Source: Dipteris shenzhenensis
Taxonomy: Eukaryota
NCBI GenBank assembly: GCA_047967505.1
Contig: CM106538.1
DNA length: 64,000 nucleotides
Direction: 5' to 3' (one strand)
Shown here: positions 38,243-52,324 of the stretch, piece by piece
How positions within the stretch are numbered: position 1 is the first letter of the stretch
Layout: every line of letters begins with the position of its first letter
Program-made: the position numbers and the translations under genes
Notes under the pieces: generated by a model
The model's database searches: none
Told to the model about the DNA's origin: nothing
What the model saw: only the letters and a program-made list of their open reading frames with translations

Positions 38243-41200
38243 TGTAAGAAAACAATACAACATCTGTGCTCAACAGATAACAGGATCTCGTACGCAAGAG
38301 AGAAAACCAGATAGTATGGAGAATCAAAAATTTGATTACTGTAGATCTGATACAATAGATGGTACTGCCTCTCAGTGTGTGCACTCCTGTCAAAGAAGCT
38401 TCGATGGCGAGCTGGAAATAGTAGAGGACGGAGGTTGGATGCTAAGTAATCAGGGTTGTTGTAGCCAGTAATGAAATGGGCTTCACGGGCTTGCTCTTAT
38501 ATAGCCACTAGTCGTAGTCGGTTGGACCCAATTAGGTGCCACCCAGTCCACCCAAAACAGTCGACTGGGGGTCAGTCCCGAAATAGGCCACTAACCACAC
38601 GATAGAACTGTAGTGTAAAATAGAGTAACTAACCTACGGTCTCCGTTCAGCCCAAAGCCATCCAGGATCATCTGGGACTCCAAACAGGCCTCACAACTCG
38701 AGAGTGGGCTGCCCCGAGAAATGCTCTGTCTACCCTGAGTGCGGTCAGTCATGGGATGCCTTCTTGCACTTGCATGTAGCCTAGTTGGCAATGTGCCAAC
38801 TCCGTCCAGCCATCAGGCCACACATGGCCCCCATCTGGTGTCCAAACCAAGACCTACCAGATAACTGAGCTACTCAAATGCCTTCTCTTCATATGGGGGG
38901 CTTACAAGTAGAGTTAGTTGGTTCCCGCATAGTTACATGAGAGTGGAGCAATGATATCTAAAACCCCTCCGCAATGTCCACCCGCAAGTGAACTTACTTT
39001 TTCGGCCCAATGCCAAGTCGATGAAGATGCCTCTCTAGCAAGTCTCTTCCAAGAGCCTTCGTGAAGAAGTCTGCCGCATTCTCTGTAGTCAAACAGTACA
39101 CCAAGACGACCTCTCCATCCATGATGAGCTCGCACACAAAGTGATATTGAATCTCAATGTGTTCTGTGCGAGCGTGGAACACATGGTTCTTTGCAATTGC
39201 CACGCAACTCTGATTGTCACATGATAACTGTGTAGGCTTGTTCTGCACTGCACCCATGTCCCCTAAAATCCTCCTCAACCACATTGCCTCGCAAGTAGCA
39301 AAGCATGCTGATTTGTACTCAGCCTCAGTAGAAGAAAGAGCAATTGTGGGTTGCTTCTTGCTGACCCATGACACAGCTCCAGATCCAAGTGAGAAACAGT
39401 AACCTTTCACTGATCTCTTGCTGTCCACGTCTCTTGCCCCCAATCCGAGTCATAGAAACCGGCCAAGATGTTGCCCTTGGTATAGGTGATGCCATAATCA
39501 AAAGTGTGCCTTTGATGTATTTCAGCACCCGCATCCCTGCCCTCCAATGGTTCTCCCAGGGCTTATTGGAAAACCTACTTAGTACACCAGTCACAAAGCT
39601 GATGTCCGGCCATGTGTTGCACAAGTAAATCAAATTGCCCACAAGCCTTCTATACTTTGCTTCGTCCACTAGTGGTGATGAATCCTCATTTGAGAGCTTC
39701 ACATCAACTTCCATAGGGGTACCAACTGTCTTACACTCAACCATGCCAAATGCCTTCAGTATCTCTCCAGCATACTTCAGCTGTGAGATGATATGTTTCA
39801 GCTCTTGCCAAACTTCAATCCCCAAACAAAATGCATCAGTCCGAGGTCTGTCATTTCAAACTCTCTTCCTAGCAAATGCTTTGTCTGTGAGATCTTCTCT
39901 TCATCCATGTAAAGGACCACGATCATACATCTGCCTCCTTCTCTGAAGATATACAAATTTGCATCAAATGGGCTCCTCTTGAACCCATTTTATAGAAAGT
40001 AGGCATCAATTCACTGGTACCATGCTTGTGGGGCCTGTTTCAGCCCGTAAAGTGCCTTCTTCAGTTTACAGACTTGACCTTCTGAACCGGGGATCACAAA
40101 ACCTGGTGGGTGTTCCACGTATACCTCCTCCTTGAGATCTACATTCAGAAAGGCGGAATTTACATCCATCTGAAACACGGGCCAACTTCCCTGGGTTGTA
40201 AAGCCAAAACACTACGAATTGTGGTTAGTCAAGCTGTGGGAGCAAAAGTATCTTGATAATCAAAACCATGTACCTGTGCGAATCCTTTTGCCACGAGCCG
40301 AGCCTTGTACTTATACAACATGCTGTCGGACTTTGTACTTGGTCTTGTACACCCACTTGGTGTCGATTACCTTGTGTTTTGGTGGTCGATCCACAGGGTC
40401 CCAAGTGTTATTCTTCATTATGGAGCCATACTCCGATTGCATAGCCTCCATCCACCTATCATCACCCTGTGCCTCTTCAAGACACTTGGGTTCATCAGCG
40501 CGGATCATTCTATCATCACAGCATAGTTGACCAAGTGTTCCTGCGCCCTTCTTTGTTCCTCTAATCTCTTGGACCAGCGGTGTTCAGATGGTTCCTCCTC
40601 AATGGCTAGAGGTTCTCTGCCATCCAAAAACGAGCCAAAATCTGCTTTACCCACTTCGGGAATGGTCGTTGCCGTTGTGGTTCTGTAGGCTCTTCTTCAT
40701 CTTCTTTATCTTGAATCCTCCCAAGCACCATTGGGGGATTTGGTCTGCTATTGGTGGTGGTACTGGATGGATATCTTAGTCCTGGTTGTCTGGGAAGGAA
40801 GCATCCTCCTTCAATTGATGCGGTTGTTTTGAGAAGACCACATCGTGACTTACTATTACCTTCTTGGTAACAAGGTTATAGAGATGGTAACCCTTTGCCT
40901 CTTCATTGTAGCCCAAGAAAATACACTTCCGGCTCTTCTGTTCCCATTTGGTCCTATTAGCATCAGGGACATGCACAAAACAGTCACATCCAAAAACTCT
41001 GAAATGTGCAGCTGAAGGTTTCTTACGAGAAAAGGCCTACAGTGGAGTCATCCCTTTCACAACATTCATGTAGCTACGATTCAAAATGTAAACTGACGTG
41101 TTACATGCTTCATCCTAGAAAGTCTTTGGCAAATCTTTCCCTTTCATCATACTCCTGCCCATTTTACAGATGATGCGCATCTTGCATTCTGCTAGTCCAT

Positions 41201-44035
41201 TTTGTTGTGCTGTATGTGGCGGGGGTTTCTGCCTCTTGATCCCGTGACTTTTGTAGTAACTTTTGAATTTAGTTGATGTGAACTCTCCACCTCTATCTGA
41301 TCTCAACTTCTTCACCTTCCTCCCTGATTCTTTCTCGACCATTACATGCCATTCCTTGAACTTACTAAAAGCCTCATCTTTAGTCTTTAGGAAGTATATC
41401 CATATCCTTCTACTGTAGTCGTCGATCAACGTCATGAAGTAGTAGGAACCACCCAAAGCTTCCATCTCCATCTTTCCGTAGAGGTCCGTGTGAACAAGCT
41501 CTAGAGGAGCCTTTGCCCTACTGGCCTCTTTAGGAAAGGATTGCCGATGCTGCTTGCCCATCATGCAAGCTTCACATACATCGAGCAGATCTGTAATTTC
41601 TGGTAGGTCTACAATCATTCCACTTTTATGCAGCTCCTTCAAAAAACTAAGATTTAGATGACCAAACCTCTCATTCCACAGCTTAGTGTTCTTCACATTG
41701 GCTCAAGGATTGAAAGCTGAGAGTTTGTAGACGTTGTTGCACTGTGTACCTTTACCAACAATCTTCCCTTGAAGATCCAGAATCTATGCACCATTCTTAT
41801 CAAATTGAACTTTGAGGTCCCGATCCGTGATCGCAGAAACGGACAACAAGTTTCTCTTGATATCTAGCACATAAAGAACATCGGACAACTGTTTTACAAC
41901 TCCATCTTACTTGAGAGCAATCATACCTTTTCCTTTTGCTGGACATGTTTCATCATTGCCAACTGCTACCAGGATGTCATTCCCTACTGGCTGTAGAGAG
42001 GTATACCAATCCTTCCGACTGGTCATGTGGCATGATGCACCACTATCAATGATCCAAGGTTCATCCGCAGGTACATGAACTGCCTCTGTGCAAATCTTCT
42101 CAATTGCTATGAATAGCTCTACTGGTACTGCCTGCGCGCTGTTGCTGGACTCTTTCTTTACTCCATTCTTCTCATCTACAATCTTCTTCTGGCACTCATT
42201 CGGCTTGTGCCTTGCCTTGTTGCAATAGAAGCACTTGATCTTCTTCTTTCTCTTTTTATCATCAGAAGAAGATGGGTTACTAGAGTCCTTACCCTTACCT
42301 TTCTTTGATCCGGTCCAAAAAGCCGAATCTTCTTCAGTCCTCGTCTTTTGATGCATCTCCTCCTCCACAAGCATCGCGTTGAAATCCTCAAAGTTGAGGG
42401 GCAGATTTCTATTCTACGTATTCAGTGCCGTAACAAGACCGTCGTTCTTTGGTGGGAGAATCTGTATGCACCTCCATGCTAGATTCTCGCTGATGATGGT
42501 GATGCCAACTGCAGTCATCTGATCACGCAGATTCTTCACCCTGGTGATGAACTTCTCTGCCGCTTCACACTCAGACAATTTCTCATTCGTGAGTTGAATC
42601 TCCAGATTCTGAATCCTGTCTGATTCATGGTCTCATACTGATTTTTCAAGACCATCCATGCCTCCTCCACTGTGGTGACATGTTGAATTAACACCATGAT
42701 GGAATCACTTACACTGTAGACAATAGAACACAGTGCATCTGCATTTCTTCTTGTCCATGCGAGAATCTCATCCGCAGTTGGTACTATTTGTTGTCCTACA
42801 TTGGCTAGATCCAGTTTCACAACCGGCCTCACATCCATCCTAGTGGTAGTATGCCAAAGCTCGTATGCGCTTAGGATGGTCTTCATCTTGAACTTCCTGA
42901 GTGGATAGCAAGAGTCGTCCAACTTTTCGCTTTCGCCGAACGGTGGGATTCGCAGTCTTGCGAGCTGGGCCATCTCTCACAATCTGCTCACAAATAGAAA
43001 AACACTACCAAATCTTCTTGCTAGAGTCTAGGCTCTAATACCATGTAAGAAAACAACACAGCGTCTGTGCTCAACAGATAACAGGATCTCATACGCAAGA
43101 GAGAAAACCAGATAGTCCGTCATACATAATGTAGCTGGCTCCTAAAAATCAAGCATAGTGCCTCGCATGGAGATAGAAGTATCCAACTATTCATATTGAG
43201 GGCCTAAAACATTCAAGTAGATAGAAATCAAATCATCATCTTCCACATTGTAATTTATGGAGGGTAAGTCTTTTGTAATTTTCCTTATCTCAACCACATA
43301 GTCTGTGATACTTCTATTTCCTCTCCACATTCCGTGGAGTCGCTGCTTGAGTTGAATTTTCCTTGCCTCCATGCTTGTGCTATATACTTTGTGAATAATA
43401 TCCCTATTAGATATCAATTCTCCACTCTCGTGTAACTACGTGGGAACCAACTAACTCTACTTGTAAGCCCCCCATATGAGGAGAAGGCATTTGAGTAGCT
43501 CGATTATCCAGTAGGTCCTGGTTTGGATACCAGATGGGGGCCATGTGAGGCCTGATGGCTAGACGGAGTTGGCACACTGCCAACTAGGCTACATGCAAGT
43601 GCGAAAAGGCATCCCATGACTGACTACACTGAGGGTAGATAGAGCATTTCCCGAGGCAGCCCCACTCTCGGGTTGCGGGGCCCATTTAGAGTCCCAGATG
43701 ATCCCGGATGGCTGTGGGCCGAACGGAGTCCATAGGTTAGTTACTCTATTTTATGCCATGGTTTTATCGTGTGGCCAGTGGCCTATTTCAACCCTAGTCG
43801 ACCGTTTTGGGCGGACTGGGTCGGTCACCCAATTGGGTCCAACCAACTACGACTAGTGGCTATATAAGAGCAAGCCCATGAAACCCATTTCATCACTGGC
43901 TACAGAAACCCTGATTCCTTAGCATCCAGCCTCCGTCCTCTACTGTTTCCAGCTCGCCATTGAAGCTTCTTTCATAGGAGCACACGGCTGGGAGGTAGCG
44001 CCATCTATTGTATCAGATCTACAGTAATCAAATTT
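38243..44035 (-). mobile_element. Ty1/Copia element G (family A), degenerate, with a 5' LTR split by an inversion
   Basis: 3' LTR 38243-38963, pol/gag 38994-42973, PBS 43032-43043, 5' LTR stub 43044-43116, remainder of the LTR on + at 43405-44035; TSD GGGAT (38238-38242) / ATCCC (43400-43404). Confidence 0.93.
38994..42973 (-). pseudogene. gag-pol: Copia G gag-pol, disrupted
   Basis: Fragments closely match Copia A proteins (WIIDSGAS, RSDRGGEF, EPKCLEEAQGDDRW, CDNQSC). Confidence 0.95.
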
Positions 44036-46199
44036 CACATTAGTTATAGATGCTTGAAGGAGATGCAAACCAAAGAATGGATGAGAGGGTTGCTCATATT
44101 TGGCCATTAAGAGTTCAGCCATGTATACCCTACATGTTAGTTTGCAAAACAAACAAGATTTCCATTTCCAAAGAGGGGGAGGATGAGCAAGTACCCTTTG
44201 GAAATAGTTCCCTCAGATATTTGGGGACCAGTGGATCATGCAACACTTAGAGGAGCAAGATATTATGTCACTTTTATAGATGATTAGAGCCGGGATGACA
44301 TGGAAGCCAAAAGTTATTCCTCTCAAGCATTTTGCCAATTTAAAAGAATGATAGAGAAGGAGCTTGGGTGTTATATCAAGTGCTTTCATATCGACAATGA
44401 TGGAGAATTTATTTCCTATGAATTTGATGAGTTTCTATATTATCAATGCATTAATAGATTGTAGATACACTTCCTAATAAAACTCCATAGCGGAAAGGAA
44501 GAATAGGATGATTGGTGACATGGCTAGAGCCATGATGGATGAGATGGTTATTCTATTGATCTTTTGGGCTGAAGCGGTGCATACGGCCATGTTTATCATG
44601 AATAGAGCACCCAGGGATTCCATACATGGGTTGACACCTTTTGAAATTATTTAAAAGGTACAAGACAAGAGTCATTGTTTTCTTGGGTGTTGCCATTTTT
44701 GGCGAGGTTCAAGGAATTTTCTGTATATAGGTTTCTTGCATGACCCATAACTTATGCATTGCTCAACGAAATTTGGAAAATTTTGTCCTCAAGTTGTAGT
44801 ACACATTCCAAATTGAAAATGAGACCAAAAAATTATGAGATTTGGAACGAGACCATTAAAGCATTACAAGTTCTATGTTGCATGTGAAGCATGCATTCTG
44901 AAGACTATAGGATATAGCAATTTATTCAAAAACATCAAAATTTGGTTCTGTACATACATGCAACCAAGTAATCATTCAAAAGTGCACTACGTGAACTTCT
45001 CCTCAACCCAAGGAAAAACCTAAATGAGAACATTAGGCATGGATTAACGGGCCTCCAATGTTGTGCTAATGTGATGCACACCCATTTGAGGGCACGCTCC
45101 ATAACTATTTTTTGATTTGCTGAAAACCAAAACAGATTGAAAATTTGGAATCCAAACTAGTGGGACTACATAATGGTGGTCTTAAGACATTGATAGTTGT
45201 TGGTATTGGTATCTAAATTCATGCTAAAATGGAAAAAGTTGAAAATGTGCAATTTGTGCATGTGAAAAGATCTTTTAATCCAACACTTTTTACAATTTTG
45301 AATTGTTACTTTTTCCATGCACTTGCTTGCTATATGGATTATAAGCATGCCAAAGGTGATTGCATTTCATAATACATAGGATCAAACCCCATAGCGTGTC
45401 ATTTGGCCTATTTGTGTTTTGAAGGATTTGAGGCCACATTCCGCTAGTTTGGGATATCCAATTCTGCTAACGTGTATCGCCAAAGAGGGGAAAACTGGCA
45501 GCTGAAAGTTTTGCTACTCTCACAAATTTCAAATTTTCACATCTCCCACCCATCAAATCTTGGAAGATTAAGTACTTGCAACCTGCCCCCGCCCTACAAC
45601 CCACACGCACCTCAACGTGACCTTGTGTCATCTTTGGTTTGGCATTGTCATATTTTGGGAAAGTTGTCTTCTATTATTTGCATGCCTCAAAAGCTAGAAT
45701 CTTTTTGTTTTGGTTTGGCATTATCATCTTTCACTGATCGTCACCATGGCAAGATGCATCTTGTCATGGCTTGCAAGAGAAGCAGATAGAGGCTATGAGA
45801 CAAGAAAGCTGAAAAGCTTGGTCAGGGCACAAGGAATATAAGACTCCTTATAAAGCAGCAAACCGGAAGCAGTTGCAGATGCACGCATTCGATCATTGCC
45901 ATTAGAGAAAAGAACACGAGCTTTGATGTCATGATTGGTGGTAGCATTCGAGGAAGCAACATCAGGCCATTCAAGTGAATACCAGTCTCGAGTCTTCACA
46001 AGATTTCATCATTTGAGTCATATACCACTTAATTTCTAGACCGAGATGGCTTGGACTTAATGTGATTGTGATTGTCCTAAGCCAGCATGGTGCTATTTCA
46101 AGTCAAACAGCAGTATCTGATTAAAATTGTGGTTGAATAGAAATAAAGCAATGAAAAGAAATATATTGGTATAGTAATGAAAAGCAATACATTGTTATT

Positions 46200-47220
46200 T
46201 TCTAATTGTGAAATTCAAAGTTATGTACTTGATTTTTGCATCATTAAGTTGTCAACTGGCATAGTAAATTGGGTAATCCTTCTTGTGATCACCAAGTTGG
46301 CAAAGTACGCTCCCAATTGCATACTTGGAGCCATCAATGTGGACATGAATTTAATATCCCAATTGGGACTATGAGGATTGGTGCTATGATTAGGTGCCAT
46401 TTTAGAAGCTCAAAGGCTTGGTCACACCTATTCGTCCAAAAGAATTCCACCACCAACTTACATAGAGGGTGGGCTATCATGGTGGCATACCACAAGATGA
46501 ATCTTTGGTAGTAACCGGCATGTCCCATAAAAATCTACACTCCTTTTGAATTCTACGGAGGTGGTCATTCCATGATGCCATGCTCCTTAGATTTGATGAG
46601 GACTACTTCAAGGCATTGTAGATGGTCTTGCTTCTTGGAATGGCTGTCATTCAAGAAGACCTGTAGAAAATTATTGAGTATGACTTGAAAGCGGTGAACA
46701 TGACTCTTTGGAATGTGGCAAGGGCATTGCATAATCTGAATGGCATGAGTCTGGAGGCAAAGATTCTTCATTCTATTTGAAATGATATTTTAGATTTATC
46801 TTTAGGAGCAATTTGCAATTGGTTGTAGCTACTAAATCCATCTACGTACCTGTACATTTCTAATCCTACCATATTTTCTAATACTGTTTCAGTTAGGGGC
46901 AAGGATATTGATCCTTGATGGTGGCAGCATTCACATTCTTTAAGTTCACACATATCTGCAGCTTCTTGTTATGTTTAGGCACAATCACGATGGGGTAAAC
47001 CCAATCGGTGTGCTCTATCTCAAAGATGAAACCTGCATATAAGATTTTCTCCAGTTCATCATACACCATGGTGCCATATTTTGGATTTGTTCTAAATGGT
47101 CCATATACCTTAGGGCGGGCACCTTCCCTAGTAGGTTTGGTATGTACTACCACTTCTAGTGAAATTCCTTTCATTTCTTTGTATGACCATGCTCGACAAT
47201 CTCGGTATTCAATCAAGAGT
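46200..47220 (-). pseudogene. Highly decayed Ty3/Gypsy reverse transcriptase / RT-RH linker fragment
   Basis: AWSYKEMKGI...WVYPIVIVPK...ICVNLKNVNAATIKDQYP, DGFSSYNQ, GHAGYYQRFI, WT..C..AFE.LK..L..APIL. Confidence 0.85.
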
Positions 47221-47384
47221 TCTTTTTTTTTTGTTTTAGGTCATGCTTTTAGACATGAGAGTGCAAAAGAGCATGGACAATTGGAGACAATTGCATAGAA
47301 TACAAAAGTAGAATTCAACACAATGCCCCAAATAGTCTAGGCTTCTTCCATCATGACATATTTATACTAGTTGGACTCTTCTCT

Positions 47385-47562
47385 ATTTGCATGTAGGAAT
47401 TGTATGACTTTATCTCTTTATATGTAGGAATTGCATCTAGGATGCACATATAGGAATGGCATGTAGAGCTTGCATCTAGAACTTGCATGTAGAAATCGTA
47501 TGTAGGATGTACATGTGGGAATCCCATGTAGGATGTGCATGTAGGTATCGCATGTAGGATTC
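47385..47562. repeat. Degenerate gcatgtagga-type short tandem repeat
   Basis: About a dozen (g/c)atgtagga(a/t) units. Confidence 0.7.
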
Positions 47563-49471
47563 ATAAGAGAGATTATTCCTAACCTTATTTAAGTACAAGT
47601 AGACGTTTGCTACTACTCTACACACACATTATGTGCTACTTGACTCCATGTTGACACAGAGTTAACACCTACCTATGGAGATGATGCAAGTGAGCAAAGG
47701 CTAATTTTCACCTAGTGGACGTGAAGAGATAAGTCGCTATAGCTATTTTCCAAAGCAAGCTATGGAGTTCAAACAAGGAGGTCACAATTATGCCTAGAAG
47801 CTCAACTATGTGGCTGACATCCCATTTGAGGATGTTCTTATGGAGTATTGTAGATTTTCTTGCTGTAATTGCATTTTTGTTTTGTCTTTACTCCTCCAAT
47901 TTAGGATCTATGTTGTTTTGTCTCTACAAAATCTATGTTGTTTCATCTCTACAAAATCGATGTAAGCAGTATGAAAAAAGTACTCTAAATATCACTATAT
48001 TAACTACCATGTAGTATTGATAAGAGGATATAGAGATTCCCTTAAAAACTCAACTCCATGAGCTAACAAAAAGGTTATATTCAACAACTATAAAATGATG
48101 TTGAACATGACCATAAAATATAATCACACACGGCCTAGATGATATAATATGGGGTAGAGGGAAATTCAAGAAATTTAGTAGCCACATGGACTCTAAATAT
48201 AATCACATGGCATAGAATCTAAATGTCATATATATGATATTAGACTCTAGGAAATAGTATGATAAAGTATATTCTACATCTACATAACAATTATGAACAT
48301 AATCTACAAGATGTAAGTCTATTAATGTATTACTTTATATAATCCACATTCCACATACGTTACTTACGCACATTCATACACAAAATTCATTTGACAATTT
48401 TGGAACTTCTCTTCCAAACTCTTGAATGATGTTTCTAAAGTGAATTTAAACATTTTCTAGAAATGTTTTCCCTAATTTTGAATGATAAGAAGAAATCTTA
48501 ACCCAAAACACACCACTTGTGGGACTCTAATTTTCTAAGGAGCTAATACCAAACCAATGGCAAAGATTTGGGAGGGTATCGAAATTCCGTTAAGAGCTCT
48601 TTAAAAAAGATATGATAGGACTTAAAAGTTGCAGCCTCTAATCTTTCATACCCAAAATGACTAGTTGAACACGGGAGTTCTTGAGAAGGGCAATACAATA
48701 GAGTTCAAAACGAGTCCTGCAATTTCACACGAAAGATTGCTTGGTTGCAAGGGACACCTTGTGACCAACACACACAGAGACGAGCGCATAACATTTAACA
48801 TGTGGGGTACCCAAAGAATTCAAATCCTTATCAGTTACATTTCCTGCATGTGGCCTTTTCTTGGCATTGCTCACCTCTCATCTCCGACCCTATTTGGCAT
48901 TCGTAACTCCACTGCCTTTTTTCTTTTCAAAAAGTAACTCGACTGCCTTTGCAGCCATGCATTCTTGACAATTTATGCCAAGTCCTTAGCATTCTGCATT
49001 CCTTAAAAGGCATTTTGAACCTTCTTTCGCATTCTTACTCGTCAGCTACACTGCCCATCTTGCTGTTCTTGAGAGTCCTTGCCATTGCTTCATTCCCTGG
49101 CAATTTGCATGCCGCTTTGGCACCTTAGCTCAGGACTAATTTCCTGCATTCCTTGGCTTTTCCTACATACTTTGCTGTTGTGTATGCCCTTAATTTGCAG
49201 CAGTCCATGACTGACCTTCGTATGAACTGCCTCTGATTATACATTTTTAAAAGGTTTCTCAATTTCAATTTTAGGCGGCATTTGCACCATAATTCCTATT
49301 TTTGTGCATTCCTTGGGCATGCCAAGCCTTTTCCTAGTCTTTGTTGTGTACATCCGCTTAATGTGCAGCAGCCCCTTAGTGACCTCCGCATGAACTGCCT
49401 CTGATCGTCCAATTTTGGGACGCTTTGTCACCTTCGTTTTCCTTCATACCTTCACATCTATAAACGTGGTC

Positions 49472-49815
49472 TGTGTGTGTTTCTACATCTCTGTGGCCAG
49501 CCATACCTTAGCAGTTTGCAATCTTATTTCTGTATGGTCTCCAAGTGTATGGATTCTGCAATCTTCTTCATAACATGGTATTTTAGCATTGCTTCTTATT
49601 TATAACCTTCTGAGAACTCCTGAACAAAGTGTTGTGCGTGTGTGTTTCGGCATGTCTGTGGCCGGCCATACCTTGGCAATTTGCGATCCCTGAAATTGTC
49701 ATCTTGTATGGTCTCAAGTCTATGGACTGTGCAATCTTCTTCATACATTGGTATTTTTGCATTTATAATCTTCGGCGACCTCCTGAACAATTTTGTGTGT
49801 GTGTGCGTGTGTGTG
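49472..49815. repeat. 2 x ~170-bp degenerate tandem repeat just downstream of the GT90 stop codon
   Basis: tgtgtgtttc..cat.tctgtggcc.gccatacctt.gca.tttgc...tgtatggtctc..tgcaatcttcttcata...tcctgaacaa twice. Confidence 0.8.
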
Positions 49816-49872
49816 TCTGTCTGTTTGGGCACACTTAACCAAACACACTTTGATTAAGAGAAACTTTGTTGG

Positions 49873-52235
49873 TTAATTTGGAGCAGCAGCCCACGACTCC
49901 TCTTCCCAGGCTCTCAATAGCTTCACGCCAGTGGTCTGCCTCTCCTTCAGCCTCTGAAGAGTATCTGAATCTTGCTCATTCAGCCTGCATGGAAGTTCCC
50001 TGCTTGCCTCCTTCACCATGGACTGCTCCATAGCTGCCTTCTCCTTGTCCTCCGCTAGGCATCGAAGAGACTCGCTGCACACCTCGGCTGCCTTCTCTGG
50101 AACCACCGGCTTGAACCTCTGCAGCTTCGCATATTGCCTTAGCAGCTGCAGCATGTAGTTGTATACATTCTTCATGCTCACGTCCTCAGCAATGTACTCT
50201 TGCCCGGCTCTTCCCATCGCCTTCGCCTGCACAAATACCCAGCCCATTTTCTATAGATATTGAGCTCCGGCAGCCCCAATAAGGAATCCGCAGAATATTG
50301 GCTGGTATAAGGCAGGAAAGAAGCAGAAAAGAAGATCAATGGCAGCAGCTATGGCGGATAGGTGGTTTTTTCCGAATGCACATAGCCACAGCCCTGTCTG
50401 TCTCTATGAGCAAAGCTGCATCAAACGCGATTCATCGATAGAGAGAGGGACACGTACCTCTTCTTGGTGAGCATTTCCCCAATCCACAGCGAATTTGATC
50501 GACTCGCACATCTTCTCTACGTTTCGCACGGGCCAAGAAGAAACAAGAGGCACAAGTCCCCGCCCGAAGAAATCGTGGTATGTTGGAGAGATGGATAGAA
50601 CCGGCGAACCGCAGGCCAGTATGTATTTCAAACTGACTGACCACGCACTTCCCTCGGCGTATATTTTGTATCTGTTGAATCGCACAAAGAGTCGATTCAA
50701 ACAGAACGATTCCAGCTAAGAGATTAATTATGAGATACGGAAATGCGCGCAGCTCTCACCTGTAATTGCATTGATCTGACAACTTGGACCGAATGAATCC
50801 GTTGCGATTCTCGGCAAACCAATCCTGCATATGTGACATGAACGGAAAGAGCACGACATTTGATGAATTAGTGCATTGCGATTTGCAGTGCCTCAAGCGG
50901 CAGGGAGCTATTCTTGAGTACGCGAATGCCAATTGCTACAAACCTGCGCGAAGATCTCAGCATTCCATGCAGGCGAGTTGCATTTCAACAGATCCAGCCG
51001 AAGATTTGCTACATGAGGATTCCCTTTCCAGTGCGCAGTTGGTCGCCTCTCCTCCCAAGATGTGTGTTTTGTGAAGTTCAGAATCCTCGATAGCTCAGCT
51101 TCCCAGCCTCCCAAGTTGACCTCTGGCCTGGAATCCGCGATCGAAGCTTATCAGTGCGCAAGTACCTTAACTCGTCTAAGGTGAGCTTCACAACATCCCT
51201 CCCATCGGCGATCTTTCCTGGAGTCTTTCACAATCTCATGCCGAAGAATCGATGCAAGGCATACTAGGAATCTTTACCATCCCCAAAAGGACCAGTCCGG
51301 AAACGGAATGTCGAAGAACTCGACAGTGCTGCAGTATCTAAACACTGGAGGCGGAATTCGTTTAGTGAAACTTTTCCTGGAGATGGTGGGAAAATCCTCG
51401 CAAGTGAACATTAGATCGACGTCTGGTACAGAGTCCGGGTAGAATTCCAAGAGCTGAAGGAGCCCCCAAACTGTGAACAGAGCCCTGGTCTGGTAGCAAG
51501 GGCGGTAAGGCTCGAGGAAGAGGCGACCATTGACGATGATCACCCGGAAAGAGGAATATTGCTTGGCGCGTTGGAGGAGAGCTTTCGTGATGCCTTTGGC
51601 CGTCCATGGCGCGAGGTCTTGGTAAATCCAGTGGAAGAAGCTGGGGCAGGAAGGAGTGGAGCTTGATTGAGATAAGTTCTGTCGACGAGGAGAAGTGTTG
51701 CGTTCGGAATTGCAGCTGGTGTATGCGCACCGGAAGACGTGGGGAGCTGTGGTGAGCTTCACCCAGAAATCTTTGGTGCTCGGCCGAAGGTTGCCTCCCA
51801 CCTTGTAGACGAGAACGTCCGCGTGCAGCTGCATCAATGGCAGACATTACGCGGTTTTTCATCGATTCAACGTCAGATCCTAGCTGATTTACATCGAGTC
51901 TAGCTGGTCTTTCATCGATTCAACGTCAGATCCTAATTCTGCGGTTACGTTTTGATCAGCCGCTATTCGAGGTGGATTCTTTTCCACCGATTCGGGCTTT
52001 ACTTCCAAGCGATTTTCATCGATTCTAGGCAGGCCGACGCAAAGCAAAACGATGAAAAACAGTGAGGAGGAGAAAAGAAGAAGGAAAAAGGAGGAGAACA
52101 GACCTTGTGAGAGGTGAAGTAAATAGCGGAAGAGGCGAAAAAGATGAGAAACAAGGAGGTGAGGAAGCGATGCTGGCCGGAGGGAAGGCAGGCGAGGGTG
52201 CAGGAGAGTCGGCTACTGCTGCCAGATCCGGCCAT
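49873..52235 (-). CDS. Glycosyltransferase family 90 protein (O-glucosyltransferase rumi / POGLUT / DUF821-like), 6 exons, 499 aa
   Basis: Exons 52235-52104, 51828-51278, 51127-50944, 50824-50760, 50671-50458 and 50226-49873, all GT-AG introns, total 1500 nt in frame. N-terminal TM segment; motifs CPSFFHWIYQDLAPW, PDVDLMFTCEDFP, DIPFPDWSFWGWPEVN, WKGNP, YKIYAEGSAWSVSLKYILAC. Confidence 0.93.
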
Positions 52236-52324
52236 GGAGGAGAAGGCCGTGTTATCGTTGAAGCTGCAGAGATTTGGGGAGAAGCTGTGCGCCGTGGAGC
52301 TTGCCGACGTTCATAGCTACAGAT

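Larger units (their letters stand above)
38090..44660 (+). mobile_element. Old Copia remnant H (gag and integrase) that hosts element G
   Basis: gag ...VLHWISLCIFDTLIPHIKKASMPKEAWD ends at 38242; its continuation is inverted at 43117-43404; HISYRCLKEMQ and integrase DIWGP / IDD / DNDGEF / AERKNR / FWAEAV lie at 44036-44650. Confidence 0.8.

Noticed and set aside
43405-44035. Independent solo LTR of family A
   Set aside because: It is the inverted remainder of G's 5' LTR, as shown by the matching TSD and complementary truncation points.
44690-45430. Possible non-autonomous DNA transposon (similar-looking AT-rich blocks at 100-620 and 48440-48720)
   Set aside because: I could not identify paired TIRs or TSDs by eye.
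45740-46060. Possible host gene fragment (MARCILSWLAREAD...)
   Set aside because: Multiple stops and no recognisable motif; needs BLASTX.
51855-51940. 27-bp duplication in GT90 intron 1
   Set aside because: Simple local tandem duplication with no sign of function.
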